DNA of 57,735 nucleotides, filler included, from Ionaspis alba (Eukaryota), in the NCBI GenBank assembly GCA_964255285.1. It is 4 parts of 4 records of this genome, joined end to end, with 100 filler letters (N's around TTAATTAATTAA, not from the genome) between each part and the next. Parts side by side here need not be neighbours in the genome. Positions count along the whole stretch, not along the records: positions 28,977 to 43,307 come from CAXUUL010000424.1; positions 43,408 to 57,735 come from CAXUUL010000425.1; 2 more parts are not named here. One strand, 5' to 3'. Shown here one piece after another: positions 35,890 through 47,500 of this stretch. The number at the start of each line of letters is the position of its first letter. Position 1 is the stretch's first letter. The position numbers and the translations under genes are program-made. Below the pieces are notes generated by a model. The model saw nothing but the letters and a program-made list of their open reading frames with translations. It made no database searches and was not told the origin of the DNA.

Positions 35890-38483
35890 TCTCCGTCGGA
35901 GACTGAACGTTGTTGATGACGCTCTTCACATTTGAGTTGCATGATTGTACCGCGAGGAGAAGAATCTACGAGCAATAATGACGGGTATGGCTTGGGACGT
36001 GGGAGGGAACAGGGAGGGCGGCGCTTTGGCTGGTTATACCCCTTTTGCTTGATCTGAGGTCTTGGACGTGGTGCAATTGATGGTAGTAATCGTGACTATC
36101 GACTCAGTGATGTGCTGATGCTAGATGATTAAGTGGAGGTAGCTGTATTTAGCGACTGTCTTGGAGAATACCTGTGGTAAGGGCAGCTTAGTGAGGCAAA
36201 TCATTCGATGTTTTGAAGTGCTATGACAATCAATGCTATAGCCGCCACCAATCAGTGACAGATGATGCAACGAAACCATACGGGCCTTTTTATACGTGTC
36301 TCATAAACCAATGAGTCAACAGCGCTGGAATCAAGATGACTTCACTGCGCAGTCTGCCGAAGCAACATCTGATCTCAGCTCGTCTGTGCTGTACCAGTAG
36401 CACATCTACCGTGGATAGATCTCTTTTCCGCACCGATCCTCTCGCTCTATGGGCGCAAAGAACTGAGACATTATTATATGACGACATAGACAAGCTGTTT
36501 GCATTCGTATCCGTGGGCGTCAACATTCGTTTGTATTGCTGCTGTAATAATGTACCTGCCTAGAGTATCTACCGAGAGGCTCTGCGTATATATGTCGATC
36601 ACACTCGGCATAAGCGACCCGGCAGACTCGTCCTCCGCAGCCAGCCACAATGCCAATCCACCGGAGGTTCAACGATGCGCGAGGGCGGCCACGAGGGCGG
36701 CGGCGGTCTCGACTTGGCAGGGGCAGTTGGTGGTGGCTGCAAATATATGCAGCTGGCTGGTGTGTGCAACCATTCTCTGTCTGAGCGCAGCCAGTTTCTG
36801 CAAGACGGTTGGAAAAGGCGTTGTTGTTGTGCAACAACCAAATGATCATGATCTACATCATGTATCGATGGAAGACGATAGAGGAACAAAGGTTGTCTAC
36901 GAATACGTGCATCCATTCTGGTACATACATATACCGGAACGATGCGGCTCCGGGGAATGCTTTAAGGTTGCTGGATGCCGAAAGTATCAGCATCCTTCGA
37001 GATGCACAGCGTCTGCTCTATCTGCGCTTATAGAGTTTGCCAGCTTCAAACACCGGCTTAAACGAATACTCATATGGTTTTGAAGTCCGTGGTTGAACAA
37101 CCACTGATAATAGCAGGAGGCAGTCTTCGGGGATCCGACGAGTCAGTAGTGGTGCACGGTCAATACGCTGATCCACGTAATCGGAAGGCTTTTGCGTGTT
37201 GCGCACTCTCGATCGATCTCTCCCTCCCCTATCTTTGCCGGTCATCAATTTCCGCACGTCCAAGCAGGATCTCCAGGATCTCCTATTAGTCGTGGGAATC
37301 ATCCTTCCTCGAACCGCGAACAGACTAGACCCGAGCAGAAAACATCCCATTCGTGGCACGCGCACTTAGCGCTTACCATCAATGAGCTTGTTTCTCAACC
37401 ATCACACACTAAGAATGCCACTATCCTCAGCCAAACGCTCTATTTCAAAAATACTCCGGACTCTGCCTGGTGGCCAACGCCATGGGCTCGCGATACCTTT
37501 GGGTCGAATCTCCACTCAATCGGGCAGTGGGCCTTAGAGGCGAGCTGAATGATTGTTCGAGGACAGGCTGGAACGGAAACCATGGCACATCGAAGAACCC
37601 GCCGATCCGATTCTCAGACTGCTTTACACAATCTTGCCAGTGAACCGGAGAATCAATCAGTCTCTGTTGATAATGATTATTGAGTGAATATCACGTTTTG
37701 CACATCGTTCATCAACCTCGTGTGCTTCGTGCCCTGCATGCTTGCTTTTTAGGCATGTAACATCATGGGATTTTAGTGTGGAGAAGAACGGCCGAATCCG
37801 GCAATTTTTTGTTGTTCCTAGCCCCTGAACAGGATTTACAGGCGCAAGGGCCCGATGATCAGCTGGAAGAAAAGTGTGGGGTGGCTGTTGCCGCGGATCC
37901 AGTCTAGTACCATCTCGTATCATCGCTGAGCCTTATGACAGGGAATTTCCTTGATAGGCTCCCTCCTATCCATTGAGAAGATCATGTCCAGGTCCGCCGC
38001 GACATCCGGCTCAACTGCGACGCGTACGAAAGAGCTCGGCGACCTCTAGCTACCGTTGGTAGGAGCCAAGCGGATGAGCCCCATTTCCCTTTTCGTCAAC
38101 CCATCTTGCCGCTAATCCAACCTCTAGTCCTGGCTTATACCCAAACATGGCAAGCTCTTCTAAGGGGCTGGAAACGGGTCCTTCAAACCTCGCTATCTAG
38201 CCCAAGATCCTGTCGGCTGGACCTCCAGACATGGAGGCGGCCGCCAGCTCTACAGCAGGAACGCCATGCAAATAAATATCTAGCGGCATCTATGAGCTGT
38301 GGCTCGGAGTTTCTTTTTTCTGATGGGCTGATACGAAATGCTTGATATAATCTACTGGAGGGCCCCAAGTACTCTTTGCCTACTTCTTGTTTCTTTTGAT
38401 TGCTCATAATTGTACCAACTGGCAAGAACTTAGGTAGTACGGCGACTTGCCGAAAGGGCAGAGTTGAATTTACCACTTTCGTT

Positions 38484-41400
38484 ATGCGTTTCCTTCCTTC
38501 GGTGCTCGCCGCCTTCGCGGTGGTCTGCATTCCCAGAGTAGCTGCTGTTGCACCGACGGACAGCTACCGAGATGCCGATGCAGCACAATCTGGATACCTG
38601 CCTAATCATAACATGGACCCTGCTGTGGTCGATAGTTCTCAATTTGGTCAGCTGTGGAAGGTGCCTTTCAATGCCCAAGAACAGGTGAGCATGCTTCCTG
38701 TTCTTTTTCATGAACTTGTCCGACCCTGTCTCACGGCTTCTCGAGCTCGGAAAGGGGGAATAATAAAGACCTTGGAAGTTGTACTGTGCAGCTGCTTGCA
38801 TGGTTTATACGTTGTTCTGACAGATGTTTATGCCCGTATCCCGGGAATGGGTTTGCTGATACAACCCTGGTCGGTGCATTAGTTTTTCGCAAAACCTCTG
38901 ATCTACACACCTTCGACTGGAGGGCCTCAATTGCTTTTTCTAGCTTCAGCACAGAATTGGATTCGAATCTTGAACGCAAAGACTGGCGAAGTGCTAAACA
39001 GCCGACAAGTCCATACCCCGTTTCTCCAATCCGACATTGGTTGTACTGACATCGCCAACTACATTGGTATTATCGGAACTCCTGTGATCGACCCCGCCAC
39101 GGACACTGCATATTTCTTCTCCAAGACTTATATTCCCAATTACCGAGCAGCTGGGAATACCGGCACTTACAACGGTGTCTACTATTTCCATGGAGTCAAC
39201 ATCAACACTCTTCAAGATCTCACTGGATTTCCCATCCTCGTCGATGGCTCTGTGGCAGACAACGACCCACGTAAGTACTTCGTTGGTGGCACCATTCTGC
39301 AACGGCCCTCCTTAGTTCAGATTGGCTCTGTTGTTTACGGGGCCTTTGGTGGACACTGCGATCTATTCAACTATACTGGTCTTGTTCTTGGAATCGATGT
39401 TAACGCGAAGAAAATCGTCTCCAACTTCGTGACCGAATCAGGACCTCTGGTTCCTCAAACGAATGTATGGAATCAGAACGGTGGTGGTGGCGAGGGTGGT
39501 ATCTGGATGTCTGGAATGGGTCTCTCGAGTGATGGTAACCGCCTCTTCTTCGTCTCTGGAAATGGTCAAGGTCACGAGAATAGTGGTGTTCCTGCACCTG
39601 GTACCTCCGGCTGTAAGACATTGGGTGAAGCTTGCGTACGTCTACAGTCCGTTCTCGATACCCCAAGATCGACTGACCCCCTTCTAGGTCAACCTCCAGG
39701 TCGGCGATGGCGGCAAGCTCGCACTTACAGATTACTTCCAGCCATACGACTATCAGAACATGGACGGAGGCGATCAAGATTTTGGATCCGGTGGCGTAGC
39801 CCTCTTGGATCCGACCGTCTTCAATGGAGCTGGAGTCTCGAAGATGGCGGTCACAGCTGGGAAGAATGGCAAGATCTACATCTTGAATGCAAACAACCTA
39901 GGTGGCTACAAGCTGGGTCCAGGACAGACAGATGGTATAATACAAACCATTACAACCAACAAGGCTGTCTTCGGAGGCTGCGGATCTTACCCTCTCGAAG
40001 GCGGCTACATCTATTCAACACCTGTCGGTTATCCGACCTACGTCTATAAGCTGGGATTTAGTTCTGGAGGTGTCCCCATATTCTCTCAGGTCGGCCAGAC
40101 GACAGAGTCTTCAGCGGGACGAGTTGGCAATGGTATCCCGACTATCACAACTAATCAAGGTAAAGCCGGTACTGGGATCCTATGGCTCACAGATCCGGAT
40201 GCCGGCCTTAGAGCTTGGTATGCCGTGCCTGGCTCAGATGGACTACTAAAGCGTATCAACCTCCCACAAGTCAATGGTCTTAACAAGTTCCAGCGCCCGG
40301 CCTTTGGTGACAGTCGTCTATACGTGAGCGACCCTAATGGTGTGGTCTATTGTTTAGGCTCTCCTGTCAACCTGCCACTCAACTGCACATCTCCTGTCAA
40401 TTTTGGTGATGTCGCCCTCGGAAATTCAGCGAACCAAACAATCACGTGCAAGGCTAATATTGCTATTACCTCGATTGATGGTGCTTCAGTTGGAGACCTG
40501 CACTTCGTTGTCGACAACTCTACGTTGCCCAAAGGGCCGATTGCCGCCGGTACAATCTTCAATTTCCCAGTCACATGGGACTTGCGAAACACGAGTCTCA
40601 AGAGTACCGCAAATGCCACATATGGAAACATCTCCCCTGGTGTCAAAAGTACCGCGTTAACCTTGTACACCACCAATGCCGTAAATGGCTATTCGACTGT
40701 GTTCCCCATTAGTTTAACAGGAAATGAGGTATCGAAGCAAGCCTTCCTCACCGTGGCCCCAATTACCGTCGATTACGGTGGAGTCGTCATTACGAATGCA
40801 AGCAATGTTCCGACCATTAGCAAACCTTTTGTCATCTCCAACTCTGGTTTAAGTCCATTGACAATCACCGGTTATGCGTATCAGAATGATACTAGCGGCC
40901 CATACACCAATGTCACGACAAACTCGGCTGGTGTCTACGATCTTGGCGAAGGCTTCACCTCCTCGAATCTACCACCCGTCGGTACCGTGATAAATAACGG
41001 GACATCGATATCCGTCGACTCAGTGTTCAACCCTATCAATGGTGTGGGCAGCTACGCGTCCTACTTGTACACTTGGAGTGACGGAGGATTCTCGGAGAAC
41101 ACCTTCGAAGGCTCCGCGTCAACATCTCCCAAAGCGAATTTCTCCATCAGCACCAGTGAAGGTGGCTGGCTACCAGCTGGAAATCTCATCATGGATTTCG
41201 GTCAGGTGGCCCCAGGTTCGACTTCTTCCCGTCAGATCAGGATCTGTAATGAAGGGGGCTCCGTTCTCTCCATCTCGAAGAGCAAGCCGCCGAATGGTGT
41301 ATTCCACATTGACGATCCCGCTCAGCTGCACGAGGAACAACAGATTCCAGTTGGCCAGTGTGCATATGGTACTGTTCTGTACAATCCTCTGAAAGAAGAG

Positions 41401-43307
41401 TACAACCATGCGGATGTTTACGATAACAATACGTGGACTCTGAATACCGACGACCTGACGTTTGACGTACACGTTGTTCAGATACTAGGCACCGTCGTTT
41501 CACACAAAGTCGGTCCAACAAACTCAACTCAACAGGCAGTATATACGTACCTCGGCTGCTATCAAGACAATACTGCTGGCAAGCTCCTCGCCAACCAACC
41601 GTACGCAGGTCCACTCATGACCAACGACTACTGTCAGAACATATGCTACAAGAATGGCTACATATTCACCGGAGGAGAGTATCAACAAGAGTGTATGTCG
41701 CCTTATTGTTGACGCAATATTCTATCAATGCTCATGTGTTTAGGCTACTGCGGTAACAAACCACCGTCCTCGACATTTCTCGACGCCAGCGATGTCCACT
41801 GCACATTTTCCTGCGTGGGCGATCCTAATGATGCTTGCGGTGGTGACGGCGGCTACATATCCGTTTTCTACGATGCCACCAGATATACACCCGGAAACAA
41901 TACTGTCGCAGCTCCTACCGGCGGTCCTATCACTGTTCAAAGCGCTGCTAACTACAACTCCATTGGCTGTTACTCCGAGGCGACAACCGGAAGAGCATTG
42001 ACAGGAAAGGCACCTGCGGCACCTACCAATGGCTTCACCGTCGAAGCTTGTGTTGCCGCTTGTCAAGGATACACATATGCAGGTATGGAATACAGTAACG
42101 AGTGCTACTGCGGAAATACGTTGGCCGCGGGTTCGGTTGCGCAAACCAGCACTGATCCTGCTACCAACGGGTGTTCGATGTTGTGCACGGGCAACTCTTC
42201 GGAATACTGCGGAGGGCCCAACCGATTGAACATGTACCAGCTGAACACCACTGCCCCAACGTCGACAACATCTGCCGGCGCCTCTGCTACAGCTTCAGCA
42301 ACTCCCACTTCTACTCCGACGGGGCCTATCACGGTGGGCAACTTCACCGGATGGAACTACCTGGGATGCTACTCCGAAGTTCCCAATGGCCGTGCGTTGA
42401 CCGGTCTCGCTAACCCTCCGGCGGCTTCCCCCAACACAGTGGAATCTTGTGGAAAGGCTTGCGCCAGCTACGCCTTTTTCGGCGTGGAATATTCTGGCGA
42501 GTGTTACTGTGGCCAAAATATCAACGCGGGGTCCAGCCCGGTCACTGGCTCTACACCTGATCAAACTGGCTGTAATATGTTGTGTAGTGGTAACTCGACG
42601 GAGTATTGTGGTGGTCCAAATCGACTAAATTTGTACGCATCAAATGGCACCACTCCGACCACCACTCCGACTACCACTCCCACAGGCCCGATCACCGTCA
42701 CGAATCTTACTGGATACTCTTACCTCGGATGTTACAGCGAGGCCACCAACAGTCGCGCTCTCGTGGATCTCCAGAACCCATATCCTGGCGCCAACAACAC
42801 AGTCGAACGTTGCGCTACAGCGTGCTCCAACTATGCTTATTTCGGAGTGGAATATTCCGCTGAATGTTTCTGCGGCAATGTCATTCAAAACGGCTCTGCG
42901 CTGGTGGCGGGCAATTCGCCGGATGTCACGAAATGCAATATGGCCTGCTCTGCTAACTCTACTGAGCTCTGTGGTGGACCTAATCGCCTGAACATGTACC
43001 AGAAACTCGCGGTCACTACTAGTTCGACGTCGACGTCCGCGGCGCCTTCCACAACTGCATCATCTCTACCCAGCTCTGCAAATTCAACCTTGACCAGTGG
43101 CTCCACCACGACTGCCAACACAACCGTTATCAGTTCTACAACAGCCACCAATGCAACCATTAGTGGTTCTACGACGGCCACCACCACAGCCGCCATTGGA
43201 TCTACGACAGTCATTAGCACTACCACCAGCAGTTCTACGGCGACCGCCAATTCAACAGTCAGTGGTTCTACGACAACCACCAACACAGCCACCAGTGGTT
43301 CTACGAC
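38484..43307 (+). CDS. Large secreted protein: PQQ-like beta-propeller, Ig-like domains, 4 WSC domains and Ser/Thr stalk; 3' end cut by contig edge
   Basis: Signal peptide MRFLPSVLAAFAVVCIPRVAA; introns 38685-38882, ~39636-39688, ~41693-41743; propeller motifs GGIWMSGMGLSSDG, DQDFGSGGVALL, AGKNGKIYILN; WSC repeats (three ending CGGPNRLN(M/L)Y). Confidence 0.88.
43095..43307 (+). repeat. 33-nt (11-aa) degenerate Ser/Thr coding tandem repeat
   Basis: SGSTTTANTTV / ISSTTATNATI / SGSTTATTTAA / IGSTTVISTTT / SSSTATANSTV / SGSTTTTNTAT / SGST; AGTGGTTCTACGAC recurs; the contig breaks inside it. Confidence 0.85.
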
Positions 43308-43407
43308 NNNNNNNNNNNNNNNNNNNNNNNNNNNNNNNNNNNNNNNNNNNNTTAATTAATTAANNNNNNNNNNNNNNNNNNNNNNNNNNNNNNNNNNNNN
43401 NNNNNNN
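43308..43407. other. Artificial contig-join linker (N-TTAATTAATTAA-N)
   Basis: Spacer at 43352-43363. Confidence 0.97.
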
Positions 43408-44022
43408 CCTTCACACCTCCCTCCCCCCAATCCAGCTCCTCCAAAGCTCCCTCACCACCGCTCCAACGCATCGGCATCCTCTCCTCCAGCCTCCTCAGCC
43501 CGGAAGCAGCGGCACACCTCACTGCAGCGACGCTAGCAAAGCTAGAACCACCTTACGATGGCGTTTTCAGGATCCTACTGGCAGCGGACAACGCGACGAT
43601 TCTGAACGTCGCTTACGTAGTCGCCCCTACCGAGCATTCGTCCACGGACTCGGGGAGTGACAAGGACGGGCTGAGGGATGGGGATAAGAGGGGAGAGGAA
43701 AGTTGGCCGACTTTCGAGATCATGCGGCCGGCGGAGCCGCCGCGGGTCGTGATGAACAGGCCGGTTGTGCTGAATGAGGAGGGCAGGGTGGAAGGGGAGG
43801 TGGTGCAGAAGACGTTGCTTCAGAAGTGAGTTTTTCCGGTTCGATTTCACTGTTCTCTTGGGATGGAAAGTGGGGGAAGGCCGGGTGGAAGCATAGAATG
43901 CCTGGAGAGCTGTGAGGATAAGTGGTTGAAATGCTTGGGGGCTGACATGCGGGCTCTCTAGGTATTGGTGGGTTCTACTTGGCGTTGCGGTTTTGGCCAT
44001 GGCTGGTGGTGGGGATAAGTGA
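43408..44022 (+). CDS. EMC10: 3' part of ER membrane protein complex subunit 10-like gene (intron 43826-43961); absent from the ORF track
   Basis: Hand translation ..FEIMRPAEPPRVVMNRPVVLNEEGRVEGEVVQKTLLQK|YWWVLLGVAVLAMAGGGDK*; the K(T/S)xLQKYWW plus TM tail is characteristic of EMC10. Confidence 0.8.
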
Positions 44023-44566
44023 TAGTTATCTGGCTTTGATGGGATGCAGAGGATGTGATGGTGTGGGGATGAAGATAGGAGCTCCGGAGTGGACTTGGAG
44101 GTTAGAGGGCATTGGCCTGTATTTGACAGAGGATGCAGGTATGGATAGACGGTGTGGAACAGGTTTCGGACTGGAAAAAGGATTTTGATACCTCGAAAGC
44201 TTCCGCAAAGGGTTATAGTGAAGACTGTAGCTGGCTCTAGAAGCTGTATGGAAGAATGGGTCTGGCTTGGCCGAAGGTTAAACGATCAGTACAGACCCAA
44301 TGTATCTAATATCAATAACCTTTACTTAAGCACTGTTCTTTTCAGATTGGTGAAAGTTTGTACAGCTCCTGATCAATTCTCGAGCAAAACTCTATGTCAA
44401 GCCAGTTAAAGGTACAAGAAATATTGAAGTAAAACAATTCGCATGTCGCTAAGCACGCAAGCCACCAAGAAGAAATCTAAAGCTTCCTCGAGGGCCATCC
44501 GCCTTCTAAACGCCATATCAAACACACACAAAAAAAGACACTCTAATCACTCCCTATCCCTGCCTC

Positions 44567-47500
44567 TCAAACAGCCTGCGAGACCTTCGGCGTCTCCTCC
44601 TTACTGCCCGCCTCCTCATACTTCTCCCACTGCGCCAACACAGCACCAATCCTGGGACTATTCGTCAACTTATACACCTCCTCGAAATACTCCTTGGTGA
44701 TCTGGAACGGCTTGGCCGTGACATTGGGGATGTATTTCCCAATCAACTTGCTCGGATCAATGGTCGTCTTGTTGATCTTCTTGAGCAAGAAACTGCGGAA
44801 GGGCTTGACGCCTGAGCGTAAGAATGTACTGTGGAAGGGTACATCGATGCCCTTGAGTGGGATGGTGGCGAAACCGCGTTGGAGGTCGATGGGGGTGGGC
44901 TTGGCTTCGGTTTGTTTGGCGCATTCGCGGATGATGTCTACGAGACGGGATTTGACGTCTTCGAGAGACAAAGTCTGCATGAGGGCCTGAATGTCGACTT
45001 TCTGGGCTTTGAGGTAGTTGGTGACGTTCGTCAGACAGTCCAAAGCACGGAGCTATGACTCTGATTAGCCTTTGTTCGAAAAGGAATGCGTAGTAAACTT
45101 ACATCGCCAGCGCAAACATATTGCATATTGGCAACATTGTAGTTGACAATCTCCAGCAGCCAGCCTGTGGCTTCTGCGATATTCTCCACGACGTATTGCA
45201 ATGCCTGCTCGTTGAAAGTCTTGGAGATTCTGCTCGGGTTGACAGCACACATTGAGTAATTGGATCGTCCTGCGGCGTCGCGCTCGACAGCGACTTGCAT
45301 GGTCAAACCACGATAGAAGACGACAGACACCAAGCTCTCGATGGGCATAACCTCAGCCAGAGCAGCAAGAGCCGAGTATTCTCCCAACGAGTGACCAGCG
45401 AAACTGCTGTCTCGCTGGACAACGCCCTTGGCACGCATGTCCTCAAAGCTTGCCTTCTCCATCAACGTCAAAGCGGGTTGAGTGAATTGCGTGGCAGAAA
45501 GAAGACCAGTTGGCGATCGGTACGTGTAGGAAGTGGTGTCCTCGTTGACTTCCTTGAAGATCCTCTCGGACTTGACAGATCCATCGGCATTGACCGACTC
45601 GAAGGTCATTGCCATGTAGTTCTGTCTTATAGCTTTACCACGAGGACCTCCAAAGTGGATAGTAAGCTCCTTGGGGTTATTCTTGACGATGTTGGTAATG
45701 GCAAATCCTAATTGTAATATTAGAACCGTCTGCGTCTAGATGAAAGTGATGCGACTTACCATAGTTCTCCATGAAATGGGTATCAGCGCGATCCCAAACC
45801 TCTTTGGCCACGGCACTGCTGTTGTATAGTTCCATACCCATACCCTGCTCCTGAGAACCTTGTCCTGTGAAGACGTAGGCCGACACGGGTTGCTCAACTT
45901 CAGCTTCGGCAAGCAAGACCTTCTCTTCAGTCTCCTGGTTGCTGGCCTCAATCTTGATAATCTTACGACCGGCAACCATACCGATATGCTGAAGTTTCAC
46001 CTCAATGTCGTCGTTGGGAAGAACCATACCAACCAAAGAGCAATGGAATGATCGAACACGACCGATGTTGTTCTCCGCCGCCCAGGTTTCGACCAAGCTT
46101 CGGACAGCTGCACTGGAGTACATGCCGTGAGTGATGGTGCCTGGAAGGTTTGCATAGGCAGAGAAAACGCGGGAAACGTGGATTGGGTTGTAGTCTCCGG
46201 ATACGCGGGCGTATGTTTCGTTTGATGCTGGAGCTTTCAGGACCAGAGCAGTCTTTCCGCTGAGAGGGATGGGGTTCTCGAAGTTGACAGGTTGCTCGAT
46301 CGACGATCCGTGGCGCTGCAAGTAATCAATGACAGGATTGCCATGAGATACACCAGCGTCATAATCGACAGAAGCAACTTGGATGATCTCCTTAGTGGGC
46401 AATTCAAGCAAGACTTGACCAATTGTTTCGACTGAACTGAAGACAGTCTTGTTCTTGAAGCGGACCAAGCTTTGCAGACGGAACGTCAATGTTTGGTTGA
46501 GTAGATCGACGTCAGGCTCGTCCATGCGGAACCATTCTTTGGATTGGAGAACGGCCACATCCTTCGACGATGCAAGATGTACTTGCATGGGCACTTCTTC
46601 CTTTCGCTGGAAGGTGTTCTCAAAGTCGTTGTAGGCTCCTCGGTAGAGGAACTGGCTGGTGACTTCCATGACTGGCTTACCATCACGTTTGATCGTTCCG
46701 CAAACTTCTACCATCTTGCCCGAATCTTGGTTGATGACGGCGTTGATCTGAGCAGTAGTATCGAGCACGTCACCCTTCTTAAGTGGCTCCGCGCCTGGCA
46801 ACATACGGAAGCCGTTCGATAGATGAACCAATTTGAGTAGGTCTCCGTCAATAGCTCGAGGGAAGATTGGTTTGGTGATCGCTTTCCATCCAACGACGAT
46901 AGCGAAGTCCATTGGAGCAAAGATCTCCTTACCGGGTCGCTCGACGAATGCTTCGTTGGTGTTGCCGACGGCGTGAACAAAGTCTGCGATCGCTTGACTT
47001 GTAACGGTGGCTCGGCCACCCTCGAAAGTGCTCGTTGCTGGTGTCTCAAAAGGAACCTTTTCGTCTCCGAACCAAATGCGGAAGTAAAACTCCTTGATTC
47101 GATCATTGCGACCGTCCATCACCTCTTTGATCGGGGCATATCCAGTCTCCGGATGGTAGGTGAACTTCAAGGGGAGTGCAGCAACTTTACCCTCCGCAGT
47201 CCGCTCCTCGAGCATATTTACAACAAGCTCGTTCTTGCCTGTCATCTTGACCTCCACGGTCTGAACCATCTTGCCGGCACTTGAAGCTTCTTTCAACGTG
47301 ATTACTGTCTTCGAAGGCTCCTTGGGGTTTGCTATCTCAACCAGCATACCTTTGCTTGGGGCAAAGATTCTCTTCATAGGGTTCGTCTGGAATCTCTGTC
47401 CCTGGATGAACACTTCTGTGGTGAAGAGAGCATATCTCCACGAGTAGGTCTTGCCAGCCAGGAGATGCACCCAGGCATCTACTTCTGGCAATGGTGCGCT

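Noticed and set aside
36290..38400. Cluster of overlapping 60-194 aa ORFs
   Set aside because: Random-like composition, no consistent splice chain or domain; treated as intergenic.
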